Shown here: in pieces, positions 32,516 through 42,846 of the stretch
How the letters are laid out: every line of letters starts with the position of its first letter
Numbering within the stretch: position 1 is the stretch's first letter
Source: an uncultured delta proteobacterium
Lineage (GTDB): Bacteria; Desulfobacterota; RBG-13-43-22
Length of the DNA: 64,000 bases
Direction of reading: 5' to 3'
NCBI GenBank assembly: GCA_963743305.1
Contig: CAVUPH010000006.1
Location: forward strand, 181,292 to 245,291
Position numbers and translations under genes: made by a program
Notes under the pieces: model-generated
Database searches by the model: none
What the model was told of the DNA's origin: nothing
The model's input: only the letters and a program-made list of their open reading frames with translations

Positions 32516-34351
32516 ATGTTTATTCCTTTCGAACTGGTTGGTCAGGCTTTTGAACACTACCAGATCACCGAGTTTATAGGCCGAGGGCCCCTGGGGTTCG
32601 TTTACCGGGCCACGGATACAACAAATCAACAAACCGTCATCCTGAAGCTGTTTCTGAAATCCACCGGAGATCCCGGCGAAATCTCTGAAGAGGCGGAAAA
32701 GCCTTTTTTCGAGGAAGCCCGGGCCCTACGAGAGCTGGAGCATCCCCAGGTGGCCGCTGTTTTGGAAGTTGGAGAAACCGAAGGCTTTCGCTATATCTGC
32801 ACGGAATTTGTCCTGGGCAAGTCCCTGGACGATTTGCTCAATGAGCAGGGGGCCCTGCCGCTGGAAACGGCCCTGCCGCTCTTCCGCCAAGTGTTATCCG
32901 CTCTCCAGGCCGCTTATGAGCAAAACATCATTCATCGGAACCTGAAACCGGCCAATATCTTAATTCAACGGAACGGTCGGATCAAGATTACCGATTTTGG
33001 CCAAGTCAAGATCCCTTCCATGGCCGCTACCGTGGCCCTGACAGGGGCCGGCAGTCCTTTTTATATGTCCCCGGAAGCCATCTTAGGCCAACGAGGGGAT
33101 ATCCGTTCGGACATATTTTCCGTGGGGACTCTGCTTTACCGGGTGTTGACCGGGGAAAAACCCTTTGATGGCGAATCGACCGCCACCATCGTCCAACAGG
33201 TGGTGCAGCAGGACCCGACCTTTCCGAAACTGATCAATCCCCATATACCCGAGGAACTGGGAATCATCTGCACCAAGGCCATGGCCAAAGATCCGTCCAG
33301 GCGTTATCAAACCCCGCAGGAAATGCTGGATGCCTTAACGGCCTTCCAGCCCCTGGGATCGGGCGAAGGATCTACCACCCTGGTAGACCATAAAATCGAA
33401 CCGCTCCCCCCTCGACCTCTGTCCGACGAAGGACCCGAGAAACCGCCGATTCAAGAAAGCGTTCCTGATCCCCAGCCCCTATCGGCTCCATCCGAGCCGA
33501 TCAACCTGGAAAAGACTCAGCCTATTTCACCCCCCGGTCCTCCCGTCCAGGAAAAGCCGCTTTCCAGTCCCGTTACCGTCCCGGACAAAAAGCCGGAAAA
33601 AGTAATCAAAAGCCCAAAATCCGGCCCCAAAATCATACTGATCGGATCCATCTTTTTCGCCCTTATCCTGGCGCTGATCCTAGTGATCATCCGGCTGGTC
33701 AATAACCCGGGAGGCAACTTGATTTCCTCCGCCAGCCCGCCAGCGGCTCCTCAAAAGACGACCGTCGGTTCGACTCCGGCCGGACCGCTAACTGCCCCGA
33801 CCATTCCTCCTTCATCCCCTTCGAACGCCACCCCCCAGGGAACTAACGGGATTCAATCTCCCTCTCAGGCGGAACAATTGCTTCTGCAAGCTAAGGCCGT
33901 TTGGAAGACCAATATGGATCAGGCCCAGACCCTATTGGAACAGGCCGTGATCCAGGCGCCCCAAAATTTTGAAGTCCATTTTCAATTGGGACGTCTATTA
34001 ACACAAAGACAGCAGTACCCGGCCGCCGTTCAGGAATACCAACGAGCGCTGAATATCAATAACCGGATTCCGGAGGCCTATTTCAACCTCGGCTATATCC
34101 ATCTCATCCAAGGCAATTACGACCTGGCCATTCAACACCTGGAGTGGTGCCGGGCCTTGTCCCCCCCCTACCAGGACGAAGTGCTGACCAACATCGGCAT
34201 CGTTTACCTGCGCAAGAAAAATTTCAGACAGGCCCGCTCCTATTTTCAAGAGGCGAGCCGTCTGAATCCCCGGAATGTGGTGGCCCGGAACTACCTAAAA
34301 AAAATGGAACCCGGCGACAAGGAACATAAAAAGAAGGAGGGGCACGATTAG
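32516..34351 (+). CDS. Hanks-type Ser/Thr kinase-like protein with TM helix and C-terminal TPRs (HRN instead of HRD)
   Basis: GRGPLG, VILK, HRNLKPAN, DFG, YMSPE, SDIFS; Pro-rich linkers; TPR motifs. Confidence 0.88.
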   Translation: MFIPFELVGQAFEHYQITEFIGRGPLGFVYRATDTTNQQTVILKLFLKSTGDPGEISEEAEKPFFEEARALRELEHPQVAAVLEVGETEGFRYICTEFVLGKSLDDLLNEQGALPLETALPLFRQVLSALQAAYEQNIIHRNLKPANILIQRNGRIKITDFGQVKIPSMAATVALTGAGSPFYMSPEAILGQRGDIRSDIFSVGTLLYRVLTGEKPFDGESTATIVQQVVQQDPTFPKLINPHIPEELGIICTKAMAKDPSRRYQTPQEMLDALTAFQPLGSGEGSTTLVDHKIEPLPPRPLSDEGPEKPPIQESVPDPQPLSAPSEPINLEKTQPISPPGPPVQEKPLSSPVTVPDKKPEKVIKSPKSGPKIILIGSIFFALILALILVIIRLVNNPGGNLISSASPPAAPQKTTVGSTPAGPLTAPTIPPSSPSNATPQGTNGIQSPSQAEQLLLQAKAVWKTNMDQAQTLLEQAVIQAPQNFEVHFQLGRLLTQRQQYPAAVQEYQRALNINNRIPEAYFNLGYIHLIQGNYDLAIQHLEWCRALSPPYQDEVLTNIGIVYLRKKNFRQARSYFQEASRLNPRNVVARNYLKKMEPGDKEHKKKEGHD

Positions 34352-34422
34352 AGAGAGGGAAGATGGAAGAGGGAGAGAAGAGGCAAGACCGGTATCCGAA
34401 GATCCATCTTTATTCTTTATCC

Positions 34423-35217
34423 TCAGTCCTCGGTCCTTTCTACTCGCTTCTTAAGCCCCTCCACAACCCGCTCCAGAATCGCGGGCAGGATCCGGCCGGC
34501 TTGGCCCGAGATAACCAGGTCGGCCAGGTCATCGTAAGGGGTCGGGTCACGGTTGATAATCACCAGTCGGGCGCCACCCCGTTTGGCCGCCAGCGGCAGG
34601 GAGGCGGCCGGTTGCACCACCAGGGAAGAACCTATGACGATAAAAAGGTCGGAGGCGGCTGATCGTCGATAAGCTTCCCGGGTCTCCCGCTCCGGCATAG
34701 CCTGTCCGAAGGAGATGGTCGCTGGTTTGAGCGGCCCTTGGCAGTCGTCGCAGGCCGGGGCTTTGATCCCTTCGCTGATGCGACCCTGGATATCTTCACG
34801 GTCATATCTTTTGCCGCAGTTCAGGCAGGAAACCTGGAGCGCCGTGCCGTGCAGTTCAATGATTTTATCGGCGCCATGGCCGGCCTTTTCATGAAGCCCG
34901 TCGATATTCTGGGTAATGACAGCGTCCAACCTTCCCAGACGGTCCAATTCATAGATAGCCCGATGCGCGGCGTTAGGCTTGGCTTCCCGGATCGAGGCAT
35001 ACATTTCCGTAGCCATCCGCCAGTATTTTTCCCGACTGGCTTCCCTGACCAGAAAGTTCTGAAAATCAAAATCGGCCGGATTGTACCGGCTCCAGACCCC
35101 GCCGGGACTGCGGAAATCCGGAATGCCCGATTCGGTGCTCAACCCGGCACCGGTAAAAACAACCAGACGCCGGGATTGCAGGATCCAGTCGGCTGCCTGT
35201 TTTAGAGATTCCATCAG
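34423..35217 (-). CDS. cobB: NAD-dependent protein deacylase (Sir2 family)
   Basis: TGAGLSTESGIPDFR, TQNIDGLH, ELHG, CxxC..CxxC, GSSL.V.PAA. Confidence 0.92.
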   Translation of the reverse strand: MMESLKQAADWILQSRRLVVFTGAGLSTESGIPDFRSPGGVWSRYNPADFDFQNFLVREASREKYWRMATEMYASIREAKPNAAHRAIYELDRLGRLDAVITQNIDGLHEKAGHGADKIIELHGTALQVSCLNCGKRYDREDIQGRISEGIKAPACDDCQGPLKPATISFGQAMPERETREAYRRSAASDLFIVIGSSLVVQPAASLPLAAKRGGARLVIINRDPTPYDDLADLVISGQAGRILPAILERVVEGLKKRVERTED

Positions 35218-35263
35218 AAATTCCACAGCAAATCCTTCGTTAAAAGATATCAATCAGGAATAT

Positions 35264-35407
35264 TGATGGTCTCGCAAAAAGTCCCCCGGGCTGTCGTTGC
35301 GAGGAGAAAAGCGACGAAGCAATCCCCAGGAATCAGCTAGTTGCCATGGTGGGGATTGCTTCGCTTCGCTCGCAATGACAGGTTTTTGGACTTTTTGCGA
35401 ACTCAAG
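35264..35407 (+). mobile_element. ~145-bp MITE: TCGCAAAAAGTC TIRs enclosing a REP doublet
   Basis: tgatggtctcgcaaaaagtcc + long REP 35293-35324 + spacer + inverted short REP 35354-35379 + ggactttttgcgaactca. Confidence 0.85.
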
Positions 35408-35435
35408 ATAAATGGTGGAAGTTGCCTTCACGTTC

Positions 35436-35488
35436 TATCCAATATTCCAATATTCCGGCATTCCAGTTTTCCATTCTTCCATTCTTCC
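35436..35488. repeat. octamer tandem repeat (nTTCCAnT)
   Basis: tatccaat attccaat attccggc attccagt tttccatt cttccatt. Confidence 0.65.
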
Positions 35489-35494
35489 TGCCTT

Positions 35495-36752
35495 TTAAAG
35501 GAAGGCCAGACTCAACCACGACCAGTAGGTGATAATAATCAGGGCCAGCAGTAATATGATAATAAAAGGGATGGAGGCCTTATAGAGATCCAGTACCGGC
35601 CGTTCGAAGCGCATACTGGAAACAAACAGGTTGATCCCCACCGGCGGTAAGGAAGCGCCGATTTCCAGGTTGGTCAAAAGGACAATCCCCAAATGGACCG
35701 GATGGATATCGTAGGCCTGGGCCACGGGAAGAATTAGAGGGACCAGGATCGTCAGTGCCGGAAACAATCCCAACAGGCAGCCGGCCCCTAACAGGAAAAG
35801 ATTCATCCAGACCAGAAAGGCCAGGGGACTTTCCACATGTCCCTTTAGAAAATCCAGAACCTTCATGGGGATCTCTGCATTGATCAAGGTGTTGGTTAAC
35901 CCGAAGGAAACCCCGAGGATAATCAGGATCCCTCCGACCAAGATGGTGCTTTTCAGAATGATCGGCGGGAGTTCTTTTATTTTCACGTCCCGATAGACTC
36001 CCACCTCCACAATCAAAATGTACAACACGGTCAGGGCCGCGGCCTCACTGATAGCTACCAACCCGCTGTAGATGCCGCCCAGGACCACCAGCGGCAAAGG
36101 GATTTCCCAAATCGAGTCCCGGAGGGCCTGCCCTACTTCCCGCAGGGTGAATCGGTGCCGGACGGCGCCGGACCGAAGACCTTTCCAAAAACTGTAAACC
36201 GACAGGAGGATCACTATGACCAGACCCGGGAGAATGCCGGCCAAAAAAAGTTGGTCAATACTGGTCCGGGCCACCACGCCGTAGAGAATCAGCGGCAGGC
36301 TGGGCGGGAAAAGAAGCCCCAGGGTCCCCGACGTGGTCAGGAGCCCCAGGGAAAATTTTTCGGGGTACCCTTGTGATTTTAAAGCCGGGAAAAGGAGCCC
36401 ACCCAGGGCTACGATCGTCAACCCGCTCGCCCCGGTCAGCGCCGTAAAAATGGCCGAAAAAAACAGCGCGATGATCGCCAGACCTCCGGGCAGCCAACCC
36501 AGCAGGGCCTGCGAAAGCCGAACCAGGCGCTGGGCTGGCTTTACTGGCCGCCAGGATATACCCGGCCAAAGCAAAAAGCGGCAGGGCCACCAGCATGGGG
36601 GTATGGGCCAGTTTATAGATTTCAATGATCAGCGCGGAAAAAGAGATGCCGCTGGAGTAGAGAAAAATAAGTCCGCTGAGGGCGATGACAATAAACAGCG
36701 GGGTGCCGGCCAGGGCCAGCAGGACGGTCAGGAAGGTGGAGACGAATCCCAT
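35495..36752 (-). CDS. dctM: TRAP transporter large permease DctM (+1 frameshift at GGG 36532-36534)
   Basis: ALPLFALAGY, TGASG, GTLGLLFPPS, HPVHLG, PPVGINLF. Confidence 0.88.
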
Positions 36753-36763
36753 GCCGGAGGCCG

Positions 36764-37234
36764 TTAGGAGTGACGGAGATGACGCCAGCCGGCGAATATA
36801 AATCGAACGCCGATAACGCCCAGCATGACCGGTATGATGGCTTGGGAAAACCACAACGGGATGCCCAGGATCAGAAACTTGCCGCCCTGGGCCTCATCCC
36901 GGACGAATTCGATGCCCGGCCAAACCAGGCTTAAACAGACCAGGGCCGACAGGAAATCCAAACCTCCCTGGACCAACCGTTGTTTGGCCGCCGGCAGATA
37001 GTTGGAGAGCAAGTCAATTTTTATATGCCGTTCCTGGCGGGTGGCCAGGGAAGCGCCCAGCAGGGCTACCCATAAGACCAGATGACGAACCAGCGGATCG
37101 ATCCAGATGAGCCCAATGGCAATAACGTTACGAAATAAGATAGGCAGGAAGGCCAACAAGACCATCAACGTCAGGAGGAATATCAGCAGGACTTCTTCCA
37201 GTTTATTTAAAAAGGTATTGATCCGCGGCCACAT
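36764..37234 (-). CDS. dctQ: TRAP transporter small permease DctQ
   Basis: Four TM helices, W.D..RHLVLW...LGA.LA....HI.ID. Confidence 0.88.
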   Translation of the reverse strand: MWPRINTFLNKLEEVLLIFLLTLMVLLAFLPILFRNVIAIGLIWIDPLVRHLVLWVALLGASLATRQERHIKIDLLSNYLPAAKQRLVQGGLDFLSALVCLSLVWPGIEFVRDEAQGGKFLILGIPLWFSQAIIPVMLGVIGVRFIFAGWRHLRHS

Positions 37235-37304
37235 GGCTTGTTTTGTACAATACCCTTCACCTAGTCAAAAAATTCTTGGTTTGAAAGAAAAGTCGAACAC
37301 CTCC

Positions 37305-37401
37305 GTCATGGCGAGCGAAGCGAAACAATCCCTCGATTGAGCTCGGGGAGACTTGTAAGCTAACGGGGGGATTGCTTCGTCGCTCCGCTCCTCGCAATGA
37401 C
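37305..37401. repeat. REP doublet (short 37305-37330, inverted long 37370-37401)
   Basis: gtcatggcgagcgaagcgaaacaatc ... gattgcttcgtcgctccgctcctcgcaatgac. Confidence 0.88.
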
Positions 37402-37488
37402 CGGTATATCAAGCATTTTCATGTCTTGTGGGTGCCCACCCCGGGACAGAGGCGTAGTACAATAAAAATCAGGTCCGGGTAAGTTAAT

Positions 37489-38541
37489 TCAGTTTTCCTT
37501 TCGAAAGGTCTTCAGCAAGTTTTTAATCTCTTCAAAGGTTTTCTTGGAAAATTGTTCCTCTCCCAGGGTATCCATGGCTTTGAAGACCGAGGCCCGCAAT
37601 TCTTTGGTATCCCTGGCTGCGGGGGTAACGATCTTTATTCCCTGTCGGGTCATCACCCCCAGGGCCTTCTGGTTTTCCTGGCGCACCAGACCTTTCATGG
37701 GCTCCAGGTGCCGTTTAAAGATCTCCTCCACCAAGCCCCGTTGAGCGGTCGGAATTTTGTCCAGGGCGGTTTTCTGCATGACCAGGGCCCCTACCGAATA
37801 GGAAAGGGGCAAGTTGGTCAAATAGGAAACTCGGGTGAACCACTGCATGGAAATAGCGGCCAGGGGGGAGGCGTAGACCGTATCGATCATCCCGGTTTGC
37901 AGCGACACCAAAACATCCGGGATACCCAGGGGAACCGGATTGACGCCCACTTCTTTAAAAACCGCTTTCCCGATGGCGGTATCCTCCCAGATCCAGACCT
38001 TTCCCTTTTTGAGGTCGGCGGCGCTCTTGATCGGCTCTTTGGACAGGAGATAGATAAATCCGTTTTCCCCCCAACCCATGATTTTATATCCGTTATCCCA
38101 GAAACCCTTTTCCAGAAAACCGGACTCCTTGGCCATCACGGCGTCCACCTCATTGTAATTCTCAAAGAGGAAGGGGATAGACAGTATTTTAATGTCTTTG
38201 AATATCAGCCCCAGGCCACCGCCGGTAAAAAAGCCTCCCTGGAGTTGTCCCACTTTAATCTTGCGGAGCATATCCTCCTCGTCGCCTTGGACACCTCCCG
38301 GGAAAACCCGCAGGCTGACCTGTTTGCCGGTTTTCTGTTCCAATTCCTGACTAATGCTTCGGAAGGCTTTCGTCCAGATACTCCCTTCCGGGGCCAAGGT
38401 GCCGATCTTCAAAACGACCTTGTCGCCTGCCGCTCCACAAGGCGCCGCCAAGAAAAGCAACAGTCCGCTAAGGACCAGTCCCAGTATCTTCCTGTTTTTT
38501 TTCATTCCCATATTCTCTGACACCATCTCCCTCCCGCTCAA
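37489..38541 (-). CDS. dctP: TRAP substrate-binding protein DctP (TatP-T type)
   Basis: Signal peptide, KIGTLAPEGS.W, PGGVQGDE, SLQTGMID; exact start uncertain. Confidence 0.88.
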   Translation of the reverse strand: MSGREMVSENMGMKKNRKILGLVLSGLLLFLAAPCGAAGDKVVLKIGTLAPEGSIWTKAFRSISQELEQKTGKQVSLRVFPGGVQGDEEDMLRKIKVGQLQGGFFTGGGLGLIFKDIKILSIPFLFENYNEVDAVMAKESGFLEKGFWDNGYKIMGWGENGFIYLLSKEPIKSAADLKKGKVWIWEDTAIGKAVFKEVGVNPVPLGIPDVLVSLQTGMIDTVYASPLAAISMQWFTRVSYLTNLPLSYSVGALVMQKTALDKIPTAQRGLVEEIFKRHLEPMKGLVRQENQKALGVMTRQGIKIVTPAARDTKELRASVFKAMDTLGEEQFSKKTFEEIKNLLKTFRKEN

Positions 38542-39417
38542 AAAAACTCGTCTACTTGTTCCAGCAACTTTTGGGCTTTCTGTTTGGCCAGGGTATTTAG
38601 CAAAGTCAATTCCGGGTCCTGATCGACCGGCGTCTCCAGAACGTGTTTTAACGTCTTTTCAAAAAGATCCCGGTCCAGTCGCTGCCGGGCGTAATATTGG
38701 GCGTAATAGACCTCCGTCATCAGGAACTTGCCCTTACCCCAGCGCAACGCTTCCTGAAAATGTTCATTGGCTTTTTTTAAATTCCCGCCGAACTGCTCCG
38801 GCCGGGCGGACAGGAGGATCCCTTTGAAAAGGTGGGCGCCCCCGTAGTAATAACCCGGATCAAGTTGCAGGACTCGTTCCATGAGCGCCTCCACCCAGGG
38901 CAGCTCGGCCATGGCCTCCACGCCCGTCCGGGCTGTTGGCGATCCAGCTCCCCCAGACACTGCCCGCCCCAAAGAGCAGGGGCACATCTTCCCCGGTTGT
39001 TTGAACCAATTGCTCCTGAAAAAAACGCAGCGGCTGGCCTTGAAACCCCTTCAGGCTGGGGTGCAGATCCAGTGCTTTCAAGGCCTGGGTTTTGGCCCGG
39101 GCATACAGGGCCACGGCACGCCCCTGCTCGCTTTCCTCCAAAATAGACGCGTAGGAGGAGTAGGCCTGGGCTCCGGCCAGCAAGAGGGCGGCATTATCCG
39201 GGTATCGCTGGCTCATCCCGTCGATGAGCATCAGGTAGGAAGGAACGCCCTGACGAACCAGAACCAGATCCGATTGTCGATTAGCCGCCGAAGCGACTTC
39301 TTTCAATAAAGCCGTGGCCCCGTCGGCCACCATCGAACCGGTGGAAACACAACCGGCAGCCGGCAGGACCAACAAAGAGGCCATCCCTATCAATTTTCTC
39401 AGGAGACCGGTTTTCAC
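38538..39417 (-). CDS. TRAP transporter TatT lipoprotein (+1 frameshift at CCC 38923-38925)
   Basis: AAGC lipobox, D..LV..G.PSYL, P.YY.GGAH, GGN..KA..HF, YYAR; upstream of dctPQM. Confidence 0.82.
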
Positions 39418-39560
39418 TTTTCTTTGGACAATAATCCTAACATAATTAAATAACTAACATTAATCGAGGGGACCGTCAAAGGAAAAATTTCCCGGCCGTT
39501 CTCCTTTCCACAAACCGTGGGCTAGGTCCAAAAAAAAATACGACCCTGATTTTTCCCTAT

Positions 39561-40358
39561 TTAGCTTTGACGGAATCGCAATGGGAAGTTGTCATCTTTT
39601 TTGCTCCGCAAGCGAACCAACAAGACCAAAGAGACCAATCCGATCCCGGCCAGAAAAAAGAGATGGGTAGCGCTAAGCGGACCGAGGAGGGGCAGGTTAT
39701 CGTTTCGCAGGAACTGGACCAGAAATCGTTTGATAAAGTACAATTCCAGGAAGAGGAGAAAGAGGAAGCCATCGAAAGGATAGCCTCTTTTGGCTCCTAC
39801 CTTTTTTGTACCGTATCTCTCCCAACTTACAAGTATAAGAAAAATGGCGAGGTTGGCCCCGAAACTTAACAATTGGGTGGGGTAACGCGCGGCCCAGATC
39901 CTATTTAGATCCGGAAGCACAATCGCCAGCGGTGAATCGCTCGGCGCTCCGCCGCAACAGCCCGCCGCCAGACATCCAAGACGGCCGATAGCCAGACCGA
40001 GAGGAACCGGTAAGCTTCCCAGGTCAAAGGCGCGGCCTATGGGAATCCCGTGGCGGCGCAAATAATAATACGCTGCCGGAATAGCCACCACCATCCCTCC
40101 GATCACCCGAACCGGACCGTGCCAGAAAAAAGTCCCGGTTACAAACCAGTCCCTAAAAGTGGTCCCGAAGGTCGGGATCAGAGACCCCAGAAATAAGCCA
40201 AGGATAACCAGCAGCATTGCCCTTCCAAGCACTTGGGGTGGGAAAGGAAGTCGCAAAAGTCGTTTAAAGCCGTACACCCCGATGACCAAATACATAACGG
40301 AGTACAACAGGGCATAGGTGTAAATGAAATAGGAACCGACGGTGATGTGGGGAAACAT
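39561..40358 (-). CDS. prolipoprotein diacylglyceryl transferase (Lgt) family protein
   Basis: MFP N-terminus, FDL...PLGLAIGRLGCLAAGCCGG, YPTQL, RFLVQFLR. Confidence 0.85.
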   Translation of the reverse strand: MFPHITVGSYFIYTYALLYSVMYLVIGVYGFKRLLRLPFPPQVLGRAMLLVILGLFLGSLIPTFGTTFRDWFVTGTFFWHGPVRVIGGMVVAIPAAYYYLRRHGIPIGRAFDLGSLPVPLGLAIGRLGCLAAGCCGGAPSDSPLAIVLPDLNRIWAARYPTQLLSFGANLAIFLILVSWERYGTKKVGAKRGYPFDGFLFLLFLELYFIKRFLVQFLRNDNLPLLGPLSATHLFFLAGIGLVSLVLLVRLRSKKDDNFPLRFRQS

Positions 40359-40492
40359 TGGGTGATTTACCCGGTTTTGGATTCCAAAATTCGAACCGCC
40401 GTGATCTCAATATCCGGAATTCGAAACACGATATCGACTCGACTGAGCGGCTCGACCGGGCTCGCCGAGCCATAAATCAGGGTTGACCGGGG

Positions 40493-42142
40493 CTATTGTT
40501 TCTGTAGGATGAGGGGCAGATAGTTATAAGTCATTCCTCCGGGCAGAGGCGGCGCCACCCAGATATCTGCCCAGATCAGGTCGGTTACCGAGCTTTTAAC
40601 GGCAGGGTCCCCGACCTTTTCGGCGGAAACAACGACATTATAAGAGCCCGCCGGTGTTCCCTCCGGAACGGTGCCGACCAGCCAGATGAAATTGAGCCAG
40701 TTGGGAATAGTTGCGGATGGTCCAATTGGACTAGAGGTATCAGGAGCAGTTTCATCCCCCCAGTATAGCTTCCAGTTGGCCCCGGAAATCTGGGAATCGA
40801 TGGAAAAATTCAATGAAATTGGGTAGCTGCTGGCATAGAGCTCATGAAAAATTTTGACCTCTTTAGGCGGTTTGATCCCCCAGGCGATAGCCGGGTTTCC
40901 GAATTTGATGGTGAAGGTGGTAGCGAGGCTATGGGGCTGCGGGCCGATACAGGTAATCCCGTCCGCTTGGATGGCCCCGCTGGTAGCGGCCAAGGATTTT
41001 CGCCCCCTGACTTTTTGGACCATTTGCCCAATGGGCGGAGGGTTCTGGCCTTCCTGGCAGAAATAAAGGGGCACGTCGCCGGTGTTTCCGAACAGGTCCA
41101 GAGGCAGATTCAGGAAAAACTCCCAGGCCGACAGGTTCAGATCGGCCGGGCAAAATGCCTTGGGGCTCTGAGCGACCCCAACCGTCACCCAGCGCTCTCC
41201 AACTACCGACGGAAGTCGATTCTGGACAAAGGTCATTCGCTCGGGCCGCAGTTCCAGGGGTATTGGATTCATAACCGATTGGGTTTTATCCGTCAACTGT
41301 AGCCTGGCCTGGTTCCCCGGGACCAGAAGGACCGGACTCTGATAATAAGCCGGATCAGCGGTGGGGAAAGTAACCGGGGTCCGAAGGGCCACGAAGGCGC
41401 TGTTCGACTGGAGCCAGTCCACAATCTGTTGGCAGAGGCCGGTGTCCATGGTGACATTTTCGACCCAATACCAGCGCTGCATGGCTAGGGCATTGGGAGC
41501 GCCCAGGACCGGTTGATTTCTGGCCGTTTGGGCATCGGTCCGGTTGATCGGAGTCTTCTCCACGGCAGCGGGGGAGCCGAGGGATGTTTCCAAAGTAACG
41601 GACTGAGCCCCGGTGGCGTTGGTGCTTTGCAGGGTCTCGTCCACTGTCCACGAGGTCTTACCTTCCGTCATTGCAGGGAAGTTGAACCGAACGGGAATAT
41701 CCTTCGAGGGATTGATAAAGAAATAAGGGGGGCCGCCCGCCAAGGGTTGTTTAGCGGGGTCGGGAAAGGTCAGGTTGGACGCTCCGGGAGGAGGGTAATA
41801 GGTGAGACGATCGGGCTGATTACCCGACCAGGACAATTTCCGCTCCGCCTGGCTCCCGGGTGCTGGATTAAGCGATCCGGTGTTGGTAATGTTCGGATCC
41901 ATATCCGGTTTGATAATCGTCGTTGAAGAGGTCCAGGCCGAAGAATGTGTGGTCGTTGGAGGTTGGGTGGGGGGCAGCGTTCCTGAGCCGTCGCAACTGG
42001 ACGGGCTGGTGGCGTTGGTGCCGTCGCAGGCGGTAATAGAGAAATAACCGAATATCCCTCCCACCAAAACGATCAGGACCAGACCAAACTGGATGCAGAC
42101 CCCGGTGGGGTTGCTATTGAGCCACTTCCAGATTCCGTTCAT
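40493..42142 (-). CDS. secreted/lipoprotein hypothetical protein with YLPLI tail
   Basis: ATG 42142 after GGAGG; hydrophobic helix ending in ITAC lipobox; Thr/Pro-rich linker; ends YNYLPLILQKQ. Confidence 0.75.
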   Translation of the reverse strand: MNGIWKWLNSNPTGVCIQFGLVLIVLVGGIFGYFSITACDGTNATSPSSCDGSGTLPPTQPPTTTHSSAWTSSTTIIKPDMDPNITNTGSLNPAPGSQAERKLSWSGNQPDRLTYYPPPGASNLTFPDPAKQPLAGGPPYFFINPSKDIPVRFNFPAMTEGKTSWTVDETLQSTNATGAQSVTLETSLGSPAAVEKTPINRTDAQTARNQPVLGAPNALAMQRWYWVENVTMDTGLCQQIVDWLQSNSAFVALRTPVTFPTADPAYYQSPVLLVPGNQARLQLTDKTQSVMNPIPLELRPERMTFVQNRLPSVVGERWVTVGVAQSPKAFCPADLNLSAWEFFLNLPLDLFGNTGDVPLYFCQEGQNPPPIGQMVQKVRGRKSLAATSGAIQADGITCIGPQPHSLATTFTIKFGNPAIAWGIKPPKEVKIFHELYASSYPISLNFSIDSQISGANWKLYWGDETAPDTSSPIGPSATIPNWLNFIWLVGTVPEGTPAGSYNVVVSAEKVGDPAVKSSVTDLIWADIWVAPPLPGGMTYNYLPLILQKQ

Positions 42143-42393
42143 CGGGGACCTCCGTTCTTTGGAGATAATTATCCTTATTAAACGAGAGCGTTTCCTATCA
42201 AGTTTCATCCAGAGTCTTAGTCGATGTTAACTAGTAGCAAAAGGGGAAGTTTGTGTCAAAAGAAATGTGAGGCAGATACTACCTGGGCGGAATCTTAAGA
42301 TGTACCGATATTGATTTTTCTTTCACCGGGTCATATATTATGCCGAGAAAGATGTGAGGACCGTTACCTGAGAAAAAAAGAGGAGACAAGCAC

Positions 42394-42804
42394 ATGAACC
42401 GAATCAGCAGAAATGTGGGTATTGGAATTTGGGCTTTGGTCCTGTTGACGGCTATATCTACTACTACCTGGGCAGCAGATGTTCCGCGAATCACGAAACA
42501 GGAACTCAAGGGAATGCTGGGGAAAGAAAATGTAATCATTCTCGACGTCCGCACCGACCTTGATCAGGAAAAAAGCAACCAGAAGATCCCGGGAGCAATT
42601 ATTGAAGACCCGGGGAAAGTGGAAAGCTGGATGGCCAAATACCCCAAGGACAAAACCTTGATCTTTTACTGCGCCTGACCCACCGAAGCCACGAGCGCTC
42701 GGGTAGCGCAAAAATTTATCGACAATGGCTATACGCTGGTTTTCGCCCTGAAAGGCGGCTGGTGGGAATGGGTCGAAGCCAAGTACCCCTTGGAGAACAA
42801 ATAG
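42394..42804 (+). CDS. rhodanese-related selenoprotein, secreted (Sec at TGA 42676-42678)
   Basis: Signal peptide, LDVR, IPGA, IFYCA-U-PTEATSARVA...ALKGGW.EW; frame continues to TAG 42804. Confidence 0.9.
42695..42709 (+). promoter_or_regulatory. SECIS-like hairpin of the rhodanese gene
   Basis: GCGCT-CGGGT-AGCGC starting 17 nt after UGA. Confidence 0.7.
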
Positions 42805-42846
42805 CAAAGTGTGACATCAAGGGATTTTTGGGAAGATTATCCCCGT

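Noticed and set aside
37552-38520. Long antisense ORFs (also 7538-8281, 26649-27434, 44299-45111, 47935-48858)
   Set aside because: Shadow frames opposite well-supported genes, with no motifs.
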